Positions 60,667 through 64,000 of a stretch of 64,000 bases of DNA are shown here, one piece after another; within the stretch, counting starts at the first letter, position 1, and each line of letters starts with the position of its first letter. The stretch lies in contig RHPI01001715.1 of the NCBI GenBank assembly GCA_009103225.1, positions 308,701 to 372,700 on the forward strand, read 5' to 3'. Both the position numbers and the translations under genes were made by a program. The notes under the pieces are model-generated. The model was not told the origin of the DNA. It searched no databases and saw only the letters and a program-made list of their open reading frames with translations. This DNA comes from Chlorokybus atmophyticus. Lineage: Eukaryota; Plantae; Mesostigma and Chlorokybus algae.

Positions 60667-61035
60667 ATCAGCAGCAAATACAGCGCATACAAGCCATGAC
60701 ATTCACGTAAGCATCAGCAAGAAATTGCACAACAACTGCAACTACAACTAGGGGGGCTGACGCTAAGTGCAAATGCAAGGGTTGGCGAGACCAGAGCAGC
60801 GGGAGGGGAAGGCAACAGGTGTACCGGCAGAAGCGCACAGAGAGAAGAAGAGAGAGAGGAGGAGGATTGAGCTTGGGCCCACGACAACAACGATTATGAC
60901 AAAGATAACGCGGAGTCCTTTTCAAACCAGCCCACGCGCTGCCAAGGTTTCGCAAAAGCTTATACCCTTGCGCATCACCACTGACAAGGCTGCAGCCAAT
61001 TTTGGCTCGAGAGCCGTTGGTGCAAGGAGACACAG
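60667..61035. repeat. Pseudo-LTR copy at the 5' end of the Penelope-like element
   Basis: Diverged direct repeat of 57009-57320 with an extra AG-rich segment around 60835-60910. Confidence 0.9.
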
Positions 61036-61541
61036 TGTCACAGCCCACTCGACCATAAAAGACTTGATGCTTTTATAGTCGATTTGTGGTTACTTAATGT
61101 ACCTTCCCGTTACATTCCCCTCACTTAAGAACGCTGTCGTCCTCGGCAGCTGCCCCGTTCTGCTGAAAAATCATCTCAGGGGTCTGATTAGGGTCGGTCA
61201 CCGGCCCCACTGCTCAAGGACCGGCCAGTATAGGCCCGTACCGATCAACGCGCGCATAGCGCGCCGCTGCTGGGCCGGCCCCACACAGGTCGCATCGCGA
61301 CAGGCAGGTCGCGTTCTGCCACGCCGACTGAACGCCGGCGCGACTGCCATTAGGCAAGGCGCGACCCATCGATGATGGCACTAATGAAGTGACCATTTAC
61401 GATGTTATTGGATTGAGAAACAACAACCGCGGAATTCGTGTGCAAGGCAAGAATCGAACTCGGATCTCAAGCTCCGATGACTAATGTCACAGCCCACTCG
61501 ACCATAAAAGACTTGATGCTTTTATGGTTGATTTGTGGTTA
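61036..61541 (-). mobile_element. tRNA-like (Pol III type 2) SINE-like unit bounded by 57-bp direct repeats that contain a hairpin
   Basis: Minus strand: A-box TGGTCGAGTGG (61504-61494) and B-box GTTCGATTC (61459-61451), 45 nt apart. 61036-61092 and 61485-61541 are direct repeats with 2 mismatches. Confidence 0.55.
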
Positions 61542-62299
61542 TTAAATAACTTACATGTACATAGATATTGATACTTCAGTTCAACCCATGGTTTCTGCAT
61601 TTTATCTGTGCCGGTGATGCTCAGTCTTGCGACTAAGATTTGCTTCGTATGCTATGTATCACTTGCCAAGTACGGGTTCGGCCCAACAATGATTTAGCGC
61701 ATCCCCAAAAAACAAATAACAAAAATAGTAACAAACCTGTCAACTCTTTTTCAAAATAACTATGCTTTGTCAACACAAACAAAGTACGGCATGTATGCAG
61801 CATATATGCTGTAGCGAATAAATAATGAACAAAGTTGACAATGAAGGACGTATAATTTGAAATGTGTTTACGTGTAAGGTTGCAGTTAAAACGTTTAACC
61901 TTAACATTAACTTTAAGCCTACCACAACCTCAACTCTAATCTTGATTAAAACCACGGTGAATATGATTTGTTTTAAAATTGCAAAGTGTTCAAATTGCCT
62001 CATTTACTGAGAGATTGCGTGGTTTCAATTATGCAACGACGCGCACAACATGCGTACCACGCTTTATTGGTTATTGTCTTAACATCCTGACAATACCCCA
62101 AGAAACGCTTCTGTAGGGGTGTTTTGGTTTGCTAACAAGCACCCTCACCAACAAAAAACGGTTTTTTCACATGACATGAACATACATCTTTACGAACATG
62201 ATTGTAAGGCCCCAGCCCTACTGCCGATTACAATATTTGCCCACATGGTGCTACAGTCTACTCGGGCTATAAGTGCTGTCTTTATAAGTATAGATGCCT

Positions 62300-62710
62300 C
62301 ATAAATATATATATATAAGATGTCCGGGGACCAATGGTTGACCTAGCAAATACTTTGGGCTTTAAGTGACACTTATATGCATGTAAACATAAATGTTTTT
62401 CAGGGAAGTTTAGCAGAGAGTATACTTACAAGGAGGGGGTCACGTCGCGCAGCAACGTCAAAAAGTTACTGCGTGACGCCGCTGGGCGAGGCCGCAGCTA
62501 TTGCATGACGCCGCGCGGTTTCTCATAACAAACTTATGCTTATAAAGAAAGATGCGGCATGCCATGCACTTGCTCTATTTGTACAAACATCATATACTTA
62601 TGTACATGTAAACTTGTATATACTTAGACATATTCATATAGAGGTAAACATAACTGCCCTGTAGGTATATGTTTTTTAGGGACCAAGTGTATACTTATAA
62701 GGAGAGTAGA
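62300..62710. mobile_element. AT-rich segment with diverged internal repeats; possible MITE-like remnant
   Basis: gggaccaa at ~62328 and ~62679, tatactta(c/t)aaggag at ~62421 and ~62690, and recurring atgtaaac. No termini were defined. Confidence 0.25.
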
Positions 62711-63726
62711 CTGTAGTGCCAACAGCTTACCAGCTGCAGCAAAAACCATGAATTATGGTGCAAGTTGCACCGTGCGACCCCATGCTGGCGCTGGCCCGCT
62801 TTTTCATCGTCATTAAACTCCCAACAACTGTCAATCAGCGCGCCGAGCGTAGCCGTCAATCTGAGATCATCAATATGTACGGACGGCCGGTGTAAATTGT
62901 AAATCACCAGAACAGAGAGGCGCGCAACAGATTGCCCAGCGCGCTAAAAACCACATACAGCCGTTCTCATTCGGGCGCATTGCTCATCACGTTCCACTCA
63001 AATCACCATTTCCAGCCTGTAACATACAGGTGCCTGCCTCAACAAGTTTTGCCCGCATAGGTCGGCGACGGCTCCATGTGCCGCTGTCGGCTGGGGTGGA
63101 AACATGGCAAGGTACCAATGACAGCACAGGCAGGGCAAGCAGGCAGTACAAACGACGTTCCGACAACGTGAGACTTTATGGTTCTTAAAGTACAGAATAA
63201 ATCGTACGGCCGGCTGGGTCGGCAGTGACGTTTCGACATAAAAGTTTACTTTGCGCGGCTGGCAACCTCTCAACTTCTCACGCCCTACTGAGTTCCGTAG
63301 CGACCGCAGCCAAGAAAGTACATTCAAACTTGTTTGCACTTTTCTGATCGTCATCATGGGCCTGCGCCCCTGCCCTGCCTGTGTGCAGCAGCAGCGTGAC
63401 ACGCCAGTCATGACGGCAGCCACAGGCAGCAGGCAATGCAGGCAATGGTGGCAGCAGGCAGGCGGCGGTGAGAGCTGACAGCTGACAGCTGACAGCTGAG
63501 AGCGTATAATGCATGTTATTGAGAATGATTTAGTATAAGGCTCAGCAGAAGGGTTTTCCGTTCACCTTTGCGCTGGGTTGCTTCCTGCATTCTCGTGTTA
63601 CTGCGCTGGGAGCCATACTATAGGCTTGAAAGCCTGTTCTGGCCTTGGGTGTGAGCCTGGTCTACCTTTGCTAGGTGACGCCTGACCTCTTACCTGCCTG
63701 TGTATTTGGCACCCCACACAGCAGAG

Positions 63727-64000
63727 ATGGTGAAGGTAATCTTCACATCACAGCGCGTGTTCACATCCTTGCCATGCACTTCAGCTGCATATCAGTTGCC
63801 TTGCATGCTGGTCTTGAACGCTTGCATCGCTTGCAACGTTGTGCCAAGCTTGACATTGCTGGCTCGCCATACCACCCTTGTGTGTGCAGGTGTTCATAAC
63901 CGGAGCCACCGGCCTCATAGGCAGCGCTGTGGCTGAGGCTTTCGCAAGCAGAGGCCACAAGTACGTATGCTCTGTTCTTTCGTTAATACTGGTGTCCCCC
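63727..64000 (+). CDS. NAD(P)-dependent epimerase/dehydratase (extended SDR), 5' part, truncated by the window edge
   Basis: ATG GTG AAG|gt (63727-63735) splices to 63890-63960, giving MVKVFITGATGLIGSAVAEAFASRGHK with a Rossmann TGxxGxxG motif. Confidence 0.82.

Larger units (their letters stand above)
57009..61035 (-). mobile_element. Decayed Penelope-like retrotransposon, N-terminal-endonuclease (Naiad/Chlamys) type, with pseudo-LTRs
   Basis: Minus-strand remnants in order: GIY-YIG (VIYII...YYAGLT, 60258-60203), LVWKYNRTI, CxC (59326-59318), RT LVITQVDKAVNAFAFVCKFYY (~58930-58877), MHKDPPTLRF (~58640), TYDFTALYTCI (~58385-58351), VISIPMGN (~58100), degenerate catalytic VDH (57960-57952) and thumb TRIYSKR..PHPASN..GYNR (57755-57547). 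Many stops and frameshifts. Flanked by direct repeats. Confidence 0.88.

Noticed and set aside
61180-61240. CTGATTA followed by a GC stem, as a possible hammerhead ribozyme core
   Set aside because: The required GAAA and the third helix with a cleavage triplet are absent.
62760-63120. Minus-strand fragments FEWNVMSNAP and VHIDDL...WEFNDDEK resembling Ty3/DIRS reverse transcriptase motifs
   Set aside because: The motifs are short, lie in different frames and are spaced too closely. No protease, RNase H, integrase or LTR was seen. A tBLASTn with Ty3/DIRS RTs would settle it.

Overview
Intron-rich nuclear DNA from a green-lineage eukaryote, probably a green alga. This is inferred from a nuclear-encoded plastid L17, plant-type SH3P2, COG8 and RAD23 proteins, telo-boxes and short introns; the species cannot be named from sequence alone. 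Splicing exons by eye gives about 13 intact housekeeping genes: WBP2-like, a large GT4-type glycosyltransferase, nucleoside hydrolase, a WW-domain membrane protein, SH3P2, mitochondrial KAS, RAD23, CHID1, AMT1, glucosidase II beta, a small complex I subunit, MED10, plastid RPL17 and COG8. The start of an SDR gene lies at the right edge, and a frameshifted GST-like pseudogene at the left edge. The most notable accessory feature is a decayed but complete ~4 kb Penelope-like retroelement of the permuted Naiad/Chlamys type (N-terminal GIY-YIG, CxC linker, C-terminal RT) at 57.0-61.0 kb. It is bounded by diverged pseudo-LTRs and fused to a duplicated tRNA-like (Pol III) unit. Other points of interest: a 47-aa transmembrane sORF ending in KKxx directly upstream of COG8; a type I membrane protein whose WW domain would be luminal; an organelle-type tRNA-Thr between two poly-G runs inside an intron (NUPT/NUMT or assembly artefact); at least six GC-AG introns; two long hairpins with a duplicated arm; and a possible PDRG1-derived pseudo-exon in a TE-like zone at 36.4-39.9 kb. 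Exon models and family calls were made from memory of protein families without database searches, so internal coordinates and some start codons are approximate.
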